From: a virus
Taxonomy: Duplodnaviria > Caudoviricetes
Virus record (IMG/VR): IMGVR_UViG_3300043409_000415
Location: 830 to 64,829 of that record
Strand: one strand, 5' to 3'
Length of the DNA: 64,000 nt
A model generated the notes under the pieces. The model was not told where the DNA came from, ran no database searches, and saw nothing but the letters and a program-made list of their open reading frames with translations. Shown piece by piece: positions 46,701-53,331 of the stretch (position 1 is its first letter; the number at the start of each line of letters is the position of its first letter). The position numbers and the translations under genes are program-made.

Positions 46701-46803
46701 TAAGATGGACCCTGACAAGAAGCGGGATGCTCTCTTGGGCGTAACCAAGGCAGAGAACAGCCTTACCGCCAACATTCAGATCATCAAGAAGAACATACAG
46801 TAA
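37780..46803 (+). CDS. Giant polyvalent virion protein: two HExxH metallopeptidases, four ADP-ribosyltransferase-like modules, LPD38-like C-terminus
   Basis: HEAIH (40207) and HEFVH (43537); LYHQT, MYHGT, VYHAT, AFHGT modules, three with G[FY]DG...QIKSA.GN.GTY; C-terminal PFLNARMQGLD...KLPIPFEVG...NFFTGRPIV. Confidence 0.85.
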   Translation: MAYNIELPDGSIVEDIPDSVPLAEAKKNIAIRFPQFAPKPDESKSGFIPALQAGFKGLKGDVAALAGRTGVMDVGAAEKYIAEQQKQADKIFQPTQDEWSESPWKKIKELAGGSAAYMAAPALAGAATLALPASVAPAVATGIGLGITGLVSGAQFTGSGLTRQVEEGTPLAQTDLTAAALAAIPQAALDVVSLKMIPGVRGIFGAAGKKMTAEQAEAIATQGLKKTVADYALSTGTAMGAEGLTEAAQQVFERLQAGLSLTDENAQKEYLDSFLGGAILGGAIAPAGRYLERGREQREAEVVGAMPGQRPGESLADAAQRLKNEIDAEKLSLNPPAPPVDPNATPLMDKEALGMVLDSENGYGKLDNYKRALMAMPQTDEIKNSLAEVKELQAASNVNLVYGQVADKLAQQAVPEGNAALSLLPADLSTVITPELANTMGLVQNRFKNNIFNQIVGKDMSVPADVNTVRSVLESYIATAKPGDTPSKIATFLKSIPPTTEIAPESVNVGTTDTAPSGESTVVASEPGAGTPPAGVGTPESSGVVSTGEDVTGTVGGEAAAPPPVITQSAKDLLESIDVGGGTPAFMTNKLKQIAADNGIEVLSSDTPNSVIDKIRDKVKPPVTKPEVLEGGMNKDQWINSLLGQNRIAKEKFGITLDVTPEGKLNFTGDIRKTKQGKAFAASLESAYKAGATEKEIAAAIKSAPSAPVKEFFSKRKPKAAPKPKAELSEVEKQDAEAIAAFKAEGPARIAEKTEQIKNIMGKILNRMGLKDVAVKIMDDIESKEAGGSYSEKLIKIALDEARPVSTLRHEAIHALKELGFFSESQWNTLVKQAKEGWIDTYLKSRDVNGGPLKEGEKSRYDIYMERPEFKSDPNAIIEEAIADAFGDFDTNGAPPGMLKAILNRLISFFDAIKSALQGNGIYTSEQAARQVFGKIARGELKAGETKASGVKFSLKSVPNEPGTEPIPEGHVRLYHQTDKDSLEKIAKEGLLLKYARGIEGPKAIYAGETPFYRPATKSPTLEFHVPKDQWDSPFVLGDVTPDKIIAAHQPWHMLARYLEDNPKSKEQALSGKFDDLEDDYKKAVDYIKEKYKPAKLSLRAPNTKEFKQFFGDSKVVDENGEPLVMYHGTPYDFVSGRDQGVFNTKDFGALLGKGAYFTADPKDAEQYAGKTAYGKPNLIPAYISLENPLIVESVTGKIPNQAELIKQGFDGVLLKNEDGSVKWAVAFEPNQIKSATGNIGTYSKENPDIRYSLRAPDTKEFYRFFDDSKVVDEDGDPLVVYHATYSDIDKFKTTHPEDEESRFGAHFGPTEAAENKFELKLAEDKRDNRSSGKVGANMVPVFLSIQNPLRLEENRSGRWGVDDVFQAIAKAVEQDKFAGISPKGDWIDAFYEDNSQLEYEAGLTNEEDSRSWQETYLWKPGERSKILKAWLKTYGYDGIVYDNKFEGGGDSYIALYPGQIKSAIGNIGTYDRKNPDIRYSLRTIPDTKEFKQWSRDAPVIRYEETEKYKGGPAVFQAFHGTTHTGIETFDVYKGSADGALGAGSYLTTSPEDASANYAGVGPDLTARIAIEEESLSDSFNDDAYNASEMLNDYFQDNKIDNEVTDDNFDELKDEYGEKAIHHAAQKSLKGDSEGLVMPTYVRMLKPFDMRPKGLFLDYSYKTDEEGDPIDGSEQGALIDFLEAARNVLEAYGPNEFTSTVLDEAADGISAKEIFDIATKTLSNNYDDNGLVSIGHIVQEIAREAGYDGLIQDANSYFGTGRKGFGGLRVPSMVGVQEGVLHLMPFKDNQIKSAIGNQGTYSEKGNIKFSLRTIDLEKSKRMDEALRGKPYVEALDLAIKKATDAGQKSILEKVKVRYEDLKARGFEFKFALTPVNKQLTGKYGVVELTYKKLGSPTQIEMTVNGFNDNQSSLNPETLAHEFVHTVTAAQIAFVPESGPTRELYKLYDDVVTHFNEQYKSGKLDKDLEADIRIWIADPDELIAYGLTSPNAQNWLASIQDKSGKTWLSKLFDVISKVLNLTGAEKSVLARLMTVSEDIFTEELTPQTEKANLKGFSFGKQENKTGKPTWTLGQGDLAWVENNIALFTAKSMIGDKTLYVASKEGQGQTRVDIRKYTGTMFTPEELARLKDKADELSSAPETKFSLRSTWSPSMNAAIDRTSVARIEEGWAARLLSAISPKNFSEYRQVWLNRYNQLGVYDKMRADRMGGYGLLADASAEAAAMMSDYGAGLTAAVFSKSGGVPVFANGMTTVSTLNGTIKGPLEIFSELTKLGKGDSSIYRAYQLWAGVKRGKRLMPSRTNPNGTEVNYTPADIAEAKKFCALDPGDPPGLYPEFASVQKEWIKYNNQLAKYLVDTGVISGKARAEWIKYADYIPFYRQVDDEQTLGPKLFQSLTGVKPPKKLKGGSTAEVSDFLETIIRNTQSAIQMGIKNTAGQKAVNVALSLNAPGQTDVLEPLAYVSTDPNSITILVNGQKKSFKSSDRLWLQAVTSLNLPDVPFMGLFSKPAQLLRTLITKEPGFMLANMIRDSMSSYVTSGVGSVNPATTIRNFAAAIAGKSPEFQALFNAGILGGHEYSKDVIQSGNKFASDLRKTAGYRTANEKVFSPVTGLWEALEVGTTASDAATRMQVYREVLAKTGNEAEAIYRAVEVMNFNRKGNSAIVRVLTAAIPFLNARMQGLDVFYRAAFGKGTNQRSAEEIQKKFFIRGATMMAMSCMYWALTHDDDDYKKQEQETKDNYWLLPSLGIKLPIPFEVGILFKVIPERIMARTFGTDTNKDFTDSMVRQLVNTLSLNPIPQVAKPFIEYNTNYNFFTGRPIVGQGMEGVESGYQTGPNTTAIAADIGKLTGMSPLKLDHLVGGFVGTMGMYAFSLMDTIYKINGDSIDASKRFEQTPVIKRFLLDPEARGTVSAYYEIKNATAAAVRTASLLERTQNFKEWGPYMKEHGKMLATHDYILDLEKTMKDFREMKMLIRASKMDPDKKRDALLGVTKAENSLTANIQIIKKNIQ

Positions 46804-47077
46804 GAAGGCCATTGTCAAACAGCCATCCAACGGTCTTACGGTGAGCCTCTTCCCAGATCTCAACCCGTTCGGCCTTGGACAGCTTACTGCCTTGGTCTAT
46901 ATCGAAGTGACATGTAAAGCAGAGAGCAGCGATCCTATAGTCCTGCGCCTTTAAACCTCTGCCTTTACCGTCCCGTAGCTGGTTGGAGTGAGCAGCTACT
47001 ACAGTGCCATCACTTACCCCGCAATTTTGGCAGGGGGACAGGCGTACTGTCTTTAGAAGATGCGTGTTCCTGTACAA
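46784..47077 (-). CDS. DUF1364/YbcO-like HNH-fold nuclease
   Basis: PCQNCG...TVVAAHSN...GKGRGLKA.D...AALCFTCHFDID. Confidence 0.7.
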   Translation of the reverse strand: MYRNTHLLKTVRLSPCQNCGVSDGTVVAAHSNQLRDGKGRGLKAQDYRIAALCFTCHFDIDQGSKLSKAERVEIWEEAHRKTVGWLFDNGLLTVCSS

Positions 47078-47201
47078 GGATTTGCTCCAGGGTTGTGAAC
47101 CTGTGCCCGTTATAACACGTTCTTCTTCTAAGTATCCCAGGCTCTGTAACCTTTGTCCGTAGGACTTGGTTCTGTTCTATCTTACAGACTGGACAATTCA
47201 C
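47010..47201 (-). CDS. NrdR-type zinc-ribbon protein
   Basis: GTG start, NCPVCK...VLRT...RRRTCYNGHRFTTLE. Confidence 0.65.
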   Translation of the reverse strand: MNCPVCKIEQNQVLRTKVTEPGILRRRTCYNGHRFTTLEQILVQEHASSKDSTPVPLPKLRGK

Positions 47202-47370
47202 CAGGGACCCAGGTCTTCTCTGCCAGTGCCTTAGCGCACTCTGGTTGCTCACAGAAGTAGGAGCAGTTCTCTGCCTCTATCCTGCCTTTGTACTTGTGCT
47301 TCAAGTTCTTTAGCTCCATCCGGAGGCTGATGTTGGCAAGCTTTAAATCTAGTATTTCAAGATCAGTCAT
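47182..47370 (-). CDS. Hypothetical protein
   Basis: 62 aa, RBS AAAGGA, CSYFCEQPEC. Confidence 0.55.
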   Translation of the reverse strand: MTDLEILDLKLANISLRMELKNLKHKYKGRIEAENCSYFCEQPECAKALAEKTWVPGELSSL

Positions 47371-47380
47371 GTTTGTCCTT

Positions 47381-47465
47381 TGGTACCTGAGACCGGACTC
47401 GAACCGGTAAGCCGTGAGGCGAGGGATTTTAAGTCCCTAGTGTTTACCAATTTCACCACTCAGGC
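47381..47465 (-). tRNA. trnL: tRNA-Leu (anticodon TAA)
   Basis: GCCTGAG acceptor, TGGTGAAATTGGTAAACAC D-arm, AGGGA-CTTAAAA-TCCCT anticodon arm, long variable arm, GTTCGAGTCC, encoded CCA. Confidence 0.95.
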
Positions 47466-47552
47466 AGGGGGGATGTGTACCGTCCACATATAGCAGTGTT
47501 TGTGCTATGTCATCAACCAAGCGGCGCTAACCCGCTACACGGCACACATCCC

Positions 47553-47969
47553 TTATACGAAGTCTGCGTACTGCCAGACACTGTTTGGAGCGTTTACATT
47601 GATGCTCCTGGCGTTCTTCTTGTTCCCTACCATGTGAGCAGTGGGCCATTTGTATGGTACTGCATTTTCTGCTGCTTTCTTTGCTGCTTTCCGCTTCGGT
47701 GCCCGCTTGTGGTAAGCAACCCTCTTCATCATTCTAGTTCTATCAGCGGCATTTAAACGCAGAGCTTCGTAGAACTGTGCCTCTACCCAATCCACCCCTG
47801 ACAGCTTTAAGATCCCAAGGTTACGGTTGATCCGTAGCAGCCTGTTGGTCTTGTCCTTGCTGAACCCCAGTAACGCAGCTATTGCTGTACAGCGTATCCC
47901 CTGGGGCAGGCCTAGGACAAAGGAAGCGCAGCGGGAAACTTCCGGGTTATCGTTCTTGATCTGTGACAT
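47553..47969 (-). CDS. Putative HTH DNA-binding protein
   Basis: GIRCTAIAALLGFSKDKTNRLL; basic tail; ATG 47969 overlaps upstream stop. Confidence 0.5.
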   Translation of the reverse strand: MSQIKNDNPEVSRCASFVLGLPQGIRCTAIAALLGFSKDKTNRLLRINRNLGILKLSGVDWVEAQFYEALRLNAADRTRMMKRVAYHKRAPKRKAAKKAAENAVPYKWPTAHMVGNKKNARSINVNAPNSVWQYADFV

Positions 47970-48256
47970 TACACACACTGCGTCATATAGTCTAAATACC
48001 ACGCCGCTTTTTCAATGGACTCTGTGCCACCCTTGTGCCGCTCCCTCCAAATGTATTTTAAAGCGTTACCTTTGCAGTAGCCCCGGAACTCTTCCTCAGT
48101 CAGCGCTGATTGAATAGCCTCGATACACTCAATCGCCCCCTGCTTGTAGTGCGGTGGGTTGTATACGCTTTCCTGCGCCTCCCGGTGAGCAGCCCGCTCC
48201 GCCGAGTCGGCAACGTACGTGTCAGGCCAGGGTTGTGTAACTTGTTCGCGTGTCAT
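47969..48256 (-). CDS. DUF3310/SaV-like protein (T7 gp1.7-like)
   Basis: VYNPPHYKQGAIECIEAI...GYCKGNALKYIWR...KGGTESIEKAAWYL. Confidence 0.85.
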   Translation of the reverse strand: MTREQVTQPWPDTYVADSAERAAHREAQESVYNPPHYKQGAIECIEAIQSALTEEEFRGYCKGNALKYIWRERHKGGTESIEKAAWYLDYMTQCV

Positions 48257-48516
48257 TTTCCGTCATCCGTTATTGAGTTGATATGTCTAAGGGCGCATTC
48301 GTAGTGACGCGGACCAAACGTCCAACACTCCGGCCCGTGTGTACCAATCCATCCTTCCCGATCGTCTTGGTAAGTAAGTCGCTTCTTGAGAGTGGTAACT
48401 TCAGCCAATGCGAAAGCTGTTGCATTGACAAGGTAGGCGTTTGCTTTCCGGTACTTTTCGTTTTCAGCAAGTGCGTCTCCTAAAAGTAAATCCAATTTAC
48501 GTTCGGTTTCAGTCAT
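48253..48516 (-). CDS. Hypothetical protein
   Basis: Coiled coil then IGTHGPECWTFGPRHYECA. Confidence 0.55.
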   Translation of the reverse strand: MTETERKLDLLLGDALAENEKYRKANAYLVNATAFALAEVTTLKKRLTYQDDREGWIGTHGPECWTFGPRHYECALRHINSITDDGK

Positions 48517-48593
48517 GTCACCACCTATGCCAGAGAACAATAATGATCCCGGCAGCTATGCCGATAACGCCACCAGCAATTGCAAGTAAAACT

Positions 48594-48830
48594 TCAGCCA
48601 CCGTTCTTCCCCTGTAGTTTTGCTTCTATTTCAAGACACAGATCATGCGTCCCTAGTTTCATATTCTCAAACTCCTCAAGTTCATCATCCGTCAGCCCCT
48701 GCCATTGAGTAATGAACTTGTACGCATCAAGCATACGAATAACAAGGATAGCCCGGCCATCGCTGTCATCGTAAATGGTTTCATACATACACTTGGCGCG
48801 TACAAAGTCTAGAAATTCCTCGTAGGTCAT
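48594..48830 (-). CDS. Hypothetical protein with WQGLTD.E motif
   Basis: WQGLTDDE...IEAKL. Confidence 0.6.
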   Translation of the reverse strand: MTYEEFLDFVRAKCMYETIYDDSDGRAILVIRMLDAYKFITQWQGLTDDELEEFENMKLGTHDLCLEIEAKLQGKNGG

Positions 48831-49042
48831 GCGTTCTTCTCCTTGAGCTTTGCTTCTGCTCGTCTAATAAAGTCCACAACATCACTCCTAAAAGCAATAA
48901 CATCTTTTGTAAGTTCATCTATTTCAGCATCCGTCAACCCTTGCCATAGGGGTTTCTTGTACAGAGGTCTGTTATCTTCGCTAGTCCAGATCGTACCGCC
49001 CACGGCTTGCCAAGCGTATGGTTTGTCAGTGTTTTCGTTCAT
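48827..49042 (-). CDS. Hypothetical protein with WQGLTD.E motif
   Basis: KPYAW...PLY...WQGLTDAE...AEAKLKEKN. Confidence 0.6.
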   Translation of the reverse strand: MNENTDKPYAWQAVGGTIWTSEDNRPLYKKPLWQGLTDAEIDELTKDVIAFRSDVVDFIRRAEAKLKEKNA

Positions 49043-49261
49043 CGTTCTTCCCCATCCGAGCGGTGTCATCTAAAACCCCTCTTGCGTTGTTCTCGTTCAT
49101 ACCGCGCATCATCCCAGAGCAGTATGCCGATATACACAGCTACAACTATTACTATTCCCAACATTACCATCCAAGTTTTCATTGCCTAAACTTCCTATAG
49201 TCACCTAGCCGAGTACTGAGCCAGACGGACAACGGCTTGCACTCATCCTGCATTAGCCAAG

Positions 49262-49543
49262 TCATGGAAAGACATACGGTTTTTCATCCGTAACCTTCTT
49301 CTTACCCTTTGCCAGCGTAGCAACAATGTTTGTTTCCAACTTGCCCTGCTCGTACCCAATAAGGTACATCTCTACTAGTGACCAGTCATATAACCGGGCA
49401 ATGACAACGTCTTTGCCGTAGGGCGGCTTATCTGCAACAATGTTGATGGTGTTATTACCATCTCCACGCTCAAGACGGAACCCATTTTGTTTGGCTCTGT
49501 CTTTGCAGTATTCAATGCGGGATTCAATGATCCAGGGGTTCAT
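49262..49543 (-). CDS. Hypothetical protein
   Basis: ATGA-coupled ORF MNPWIIESRIEY. Confidence 0.55.
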   Translation of the reverse strand: MNPWIIESRIEYCKDRAKQNGFRLERGDGNNTINIVADKPPYGKDVVIARLYDWSLVEMYLIGYEQGKLETNIVATLAKGKKKVTDEKPYVFP

Positions 49544-49764
49544 TCTGAAATCTCCATCAGTGCGCGCTTTGCTTTTTCCATCCACCACAACGCACTACCG
49601 CCGTCAGATACTGAGGACGAGAAATACAAGCCACCATCCGCGTCCTCACCAATCACCCACACCTGTTTTAGCTCGCCGTCAATGGCTGCTTGCAAAACTC
49701 GCCCCACGTCAAGGTCTAGGGTTGTTATGACTGGCAGAACAAGCACCTTGTCTACTAACTTCAT
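49540..49764 (-). CDS. Hypothetical protein
   Basis: LPVITTLDL...VIGEDADGGLYFSSS..DG...W.MEKAK. Confidence 0.65.
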   Translation of the reverse strand: MKLVDKVLVLPVITTLDLDVGRVLQAAIDGELKQVWVIGEDADGGLYFSSSVSDGGSALWWMEKAKRALMEISE

Positions 49765-49979
49765 GGCTCAATCATCCTTCTCATCTTGTCAGCCCAATCG
49801 TCAGCACTATCATCTGGCGAGTAGCAGTTGACACATTCCCGAACAATCAACTGGGCAAACTTCTCAATCTCTGGGCTGTACTCATCAAACTGTGTTATAG
49901 GTCTACAGAAAAAGAGTTGTTCTTTCTCCCCCGTCATCAACCCAGCTTGTATCCCAAGCTCTATTAGTTGTTTGTTCAT
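49761..49979 (-). CDS. MNERIKEL-family small protein, copy 4
   Basis: MNKQLIELGIQAG...EKFAQLIVREC. Confidence 0.65.
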   Translation of the reverse strand: MNKQLIELGIQAGLMTGEKEQLFFCRPITQFDEYSPEIEKFAQLIVRECVNCYSPDDSADDWADKMRRMIEP

Positions 49980-50182
49980 GGCTCAACTCCAAAATGAATC
50001 CGTATTGCATTAACCCCAATCATTCCGTTGGGACTACTCGCCTTCACCACTCTAACGCATTCCAGCACCACAAGCTCAATGCACTCTTCCAACGCTGCTC
50101 GTTGCACCGGACCAATGCTGGACCAATCATTTAAACGCTCAAGCCCTGGTCGGTCAAGTAACTCTTTAATCCGTAAGTTCAT
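49976..50182 (-). CDS. MNERIKEL-family small protein, copy 3
   Basis: MNLRIKELL...ELVVLEC...IRIHFGVE. Confidence 0.65.
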   Translation of the reverse strand: MNLRIKELLDRPGLERLNDWSSIGPVQRAALEECIELVVLECVRVVKASSPNGMIGVNAIRIHFGVEP

Positions 50183-50185
50183 GGC

Positions 50186-50446
50186 TTAACTCCAGAAAGT
50201 AAAAAACCTACGCTTGATCATTTCAGCACAGCTATTAGCCACTGATTTAAACCGACGTGCTTCTTCACCGTCATACGTCGCCTCAATGACCATCCCAATA
50301 CCCTGACATTGTTCTATGCAGTCCTGCAATATCAGCATGGCAAACTTCTCAATACCGGCGTAGTCGGCTGTACATTCCTCACGCCCCCGACTGTCAACGG
50401 TAACGTCAAAGCAGCCTTTCATAAGCTCTTTAATCCGTTCATTCAT
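50186..50446 (-). CDS. MNERIKEL-family small protein, copy 2
   Basis: MNERIKELM...EKFAMLILQDC...IKRRF. Confidence 0.65.
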   Translation of the reverse strand: MNERIKELMKGCFDVTVDSRGREECTADYAGIEKFAMLILQDCIEQCQGIGMVIEATYDGEEARRFKSVANSCAEMIKRRFFTFWS

Positions 50447-50652
50447 TCTGTTACCCCAAAGTGTTCTTTGATCCGGGCCACTACCTGATCGGCTTTGTCC
50501 CAGTCAAGAATAGACTGCACCTCATCCCTAGCTTCTTTACAGCACTCCTTAACAATAGCCTCAGCAGCCCGCTCAACAGTCTCCCGCCACCCGAAGATCA
50601 TGTCTTCGTAATGGAGTAGCTCCCCGCACAGCTTCTGGATGTTCTCGTTCAT
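50443..50652 (-). CDS. MNERIKEL-family small protein, copy 1
   Basis: MNENIQKL...EAIVKEC...IKEHFGVTE. Confidence 0.65.
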   Translation of the reverse strand: MNENIQKLCGELLHYEDMIFGWRETVERAAEAIVKECCKEARDEVQSILDWDKADQVVARIKEHFGVTE

Positions 50653-50855
50653 GCCACCCCCATCAGTTGACGAACAATGCGTACACGCACAATCTCCATC
50701 GTCCCGCGCATCGTTGGTTTCACTGCCTCTATATACTCTTTAGCCGAGATTAAGCTCAAATACGTTTGCACAACGCATGTGGTGTAATTCTCCCGATTGG
50801 TTGGCATAAACCAAACTTCAAAAACTTCTGTTTCACCAAGGTTAAATTCTTTCAC
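50649..50855 (-). CDS. Hypothetical protein
   Basis: 68 aa, overlapping start/stop junctions on both sides. Confidence 0.5.
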   Translation of the reverse strand: MKEFNLGETEVFEVWFMPTNRENYTTCVVQTYLSLISAKEYIEAVKPTMRGTMEIVRVRIVRQLMGVA

Positions 50856-51172
50856 CGGCTCACCTCCACTTGTGCTTCTGGGTTGTTCCTACAGGCCTGT
50901 AAATAGTCCGCACAGAATGGCAGGAAATGAACCCACATGCCCCAGCCATTCGGAGAATTGAACTTCTCAAACCGGTCTTTCTCCGTAGCTAACAAAGCCA
51001 CACCCTTGGTCAGTGGCTCAATCATCTGCTTGGCATGGGTGATACCAATCTCTTCTGGTCTCCACAGGCACATGTAAATGTCAGCCTCCTGGGCCATCCT
51101 GCCCACGTTGTGCGTGATGTTCCGGCTGTAAAGCTCAACACCATCATCCTTAAGCATTACGTCTAAGCTCAT
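50852..51172 (-). CDS. Conserved phage protein
   Basis: MSLDV...NITHNVGRMA...LWRPEE...FNSPNGWG. Confidence 0.65.
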   Translation of the reverse strand: MSLDVMLKDDGVELYSRNITHNVGRMAQEADIYMCLWRPEEIGITHAKQMIEPLTKGVALLATEKDRFEKFNSPNGWGMWVHFLPFCADYLQACRNNPEAQVEVSR

Positions 51173-51360
51173 GTTCCCGTCCTTTGTTTAAGATCTGCGC
51201 TCTCCAACGCATTGCGCACTTCCTCATGCAACTCTTTAAACGGTACAGGTTCAGGACTGCATGAGTGCCACTTAGCATCGTCCTTCATCCTCCAAGCCCC
51301 TTTACATACAGAGCATCTGTAGGTGTGGGGAGCATGAATCTTGATGCGGTAATCGTCCAT
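51169..51360 (-). CDS. Small C2HC zinc-finger-like protein
   Basis: YRCSVCKGAW...AKWHSC. Confidence 0.55.
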   Translation of the reverse strand: MDDYRIKIHAPHTYRCSVCKGAWRMKDDAKWHSCSPEPVPFKELHEEVRNALESADLKQRTGT

Positions 51361-51370
51361 TTGAGCCCCT

Positions 51371-51739
51371 TTATTTCTTTAAAGCTCCGGCTATAGCTGG
51401 CACAACTTTCTCCACGCTGCGTCCTATGACGTAACCGCCAAGCCCCAACTCCACGATGCTCCAGAGTTTTAAGACTTCTGACTCTGTGATATTAGGCGCA
51501 GAGAAACCTAACCAGCGGGCAACGATCAACCCGCCAAAGGTCAGCATAAGGATAGGTCTCCAGCAGGCGGTGAGCCAGTGTTCAGACTGTGCCTCTGCCT
51601 TGACGATCTCTGCCTGACCAGCGTAAATAGCCAGGGCCATCTGCACTTTCTGTCGTTCCATCTCTCCAGCATCAGGCCAGACCTTGTCCAGTATGGCTTT
51701 ACCAGCATCCAACGCAGCGGTAAGAGGGTCGAGGCTCAT
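51371..51739 (-). CDS. Holin (3TM/GTA-holin family)
   Basis: EAQSEHWLTACWRPILM...LGLGGYVIGRSVEK. Confidence 0.8.
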   Translation of the reverse strand: MSLDPLTAALDAGKAILDKVWPDAGEMERQKVQMALAIYAGQAEIVKAEAQSEHWLTACWRPILMLTFGGLIVARWLGFSAPNITESEVLKLWSIVELGLGGYVIGRSVEKVVPAIAGALKK

Positions 51740-51987
51740 TTTGGAAATTCAAACATTCCAGGAAGTTTAAACGACGATGTTTTTCTGTTTTCCGCTTGTA
51801 TCTGGTGGTAGTACATTCCCACCGTTCCAGCAGCTTCGGCTATAGGCCAATCAGCAATAATCCCCAAGTGCGCACACATTGCCGCAGCAGCATTGAATGC
51901 AGTGTCTCGGTCAAGTTCAAGTTCTTCTATCAAATTTTCCATTTGAAAAAACAGTGCGTCAAACTTTTTTTGCGATGCAATATTCAT
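51736..51987 (-). CDS. Hypothetical protein between lysozyme and holin
   Basis: MNIASQKKFDALFF; ATGA-coupled at both ends. Confidence 0.55.
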   Translation of the reverse strand: MNIASQKKFDALFFQMENLIEELELDRDTAFNAAAAMCAHLGIIADWPIAEAAGTVGMYYHQIQAENRKTSSFKLPGMFEFPK

Positions 51988-52403
51988 ACCCATTCTCCTG
52001 ATTCCATTTGATCCGCAAGCCGATGGGCTCGTGTAGGTGTCTGCTTCTCCCACTTACTATCCAGCATGTGCTCAGCCGCTGCTTTGTAGTCCCCGGTCCT
52101 TACAGCGCCCAGCATCCCAGGAAACCCAAGCAGACCGCGTATACCCATCTGGAAGGCCATGTTGATAAGCACAGCCAATCTGGGTTCGTTTAAATCTCGT
52201 GCCCACGGTAAAGCCTCCAGAACCTGCGCGCTTTTCTCGCTAATATCGTTGGCAAGGAGAAAATCAATTTCGCTAGGACTAAGACCACCACTGCGCCTAT
52301 CGTCAATAAGTCGGCCACAGCCGATAGTAAGAAACCCCAAACTGTCTTCATACGCATATCGCACGACTCCTTCATCACGTTTAAGTTGTTCTTTAAGGTT
52401 CAT
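51984..52403 (-). CDS. Endolysin, T4-type lysozyme (GH24)
   Basis: LKRDEG...YEDSLGFLTIGCGR (E-x8-D-x5-T triad); NMAFQMG; MLDSKW..QTP.RA.RL. Confidence 0.9.
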   Translation of the reverse strand: MNLKEQLKRDEGVVRYAYEDSLGFLTIGCGRLIDDRRSGGLSPSEIDFLLANDISEKSAQVLEALPWARDLNEPRLAVLINMAFQMGIRGLLGFPGMLGAVRTGDYKAAAEHMLDSKWEKQTPTRAHRLADQMESGEWV

Positions 52404-52645
52404 TTAAAACTCCATATCAGAAGTAAAACAAACGCAGCAACTACTGCCCCGACACAACCGACTTGAAAGAATCTATTAAATGGGTCGCGGTAATGAACAA
52501 GAGCGCACCCATAATCAGGACCGTAAGGAAACGCCTCATCAAGCGTTCTCGGAAATGTCTTGACTGTCGTGTTTAACTTCAATTTCTTCTCCTGCATAAA
52601 GGGGAAACATGTTCCCGCCTTGTTCTGCCCACTGCCTAGCAGCAA
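52400..52645 (-). CDS. Small protein with C-terminal TM helix (start uncertain)
   Basis: FPRTLDEAF motif and hydrophobic C-terminus. Confidence 0.5.
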   Translation of the reverse strand: MLLGSGQNKAGTCFPFMQEKKLKLNTTVKTFPRTLDEAFPYGPDYGCALVHYRDPFNRFFQVGCVGAVVAAFVLLLIWSFK

Positions 52646-52809
52646 GCTCCCTTTGTGTTAGCAGAATGCAAATGCCATCCACGCTAACCATCCAAGCCAC
52701 TGGTTTCAAACCATCCATGCTATTAGTCCAAACAAAGTTACAAGAGCTACAGACCACAACAAACTGCTTTTAAACATAGACCGGTAGTACTCATAGTCAT
52801 CTTCTTCTG

Positions 52810-53022
52810 TCATGTCTTACTCCTTTCAGGCCAGCTATCGGGCCTTGGAAACCACTGTATGCTTCTGGGATTTTCATCTATCCTGTTTCCATAGATCTCC
52901 ACTTCCCTCATCTTGTCGGTGTCTATACAGGCCCAAGACCACCTTCTTCCATCCCACCACCGAAGCGTATGTTCGCCTGTCGGCCACCATCCCACACTAG
53001 GTGGTTTCCCTATGTTTGCCAT
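52810..53022 (-). CDS. Trp-rich hypothetical protein
   Basis: PPSVGWWP...LRWWDGRRWS...WPERS. Confidence 0.6.
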   Translation of the reverse strand: MANIGKPPSVGWWPTGEHTLRWWDGRRWSWACIDTDKMREVEIYGNRIDENPRSIQWFPRPDSWPERSKT

Positions 53023-53331
53023 TTATTTTTTCTTGTGGAAGGTGTTCCAGTTGTCAAGCCAATTGCGGCGCAGGCTTTCAGGGCACGGATTTACATAGCT
53101 TTTGTACGGGCAATGCTCAATGGGAGTAGCAGGCTGGTCAAAGAACTTACGCTCTTTTAAGGTGTCCTTGGTGTGGAATCTTGCAAAAGGGCTCATCGCT
53201 TGATCTTCTTCAAGGACTTGACCGGGGCTTTGGAAAACTCCGGGTAGGTTCCGGGCTGGGTTCCAATCTTATGATCAGTCCCCCAGGCTCGCACAGCAGC
53301 GTCATTTAAACGCTGTGCTTCGCGTTGTTGT

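Noticed and set aside
47381-47465. tRNA as prophage attachment site or host boundary
   Set aside because: No integrase, no duplicated tRNA 3' end seen, and phage-type genes lie on both sides
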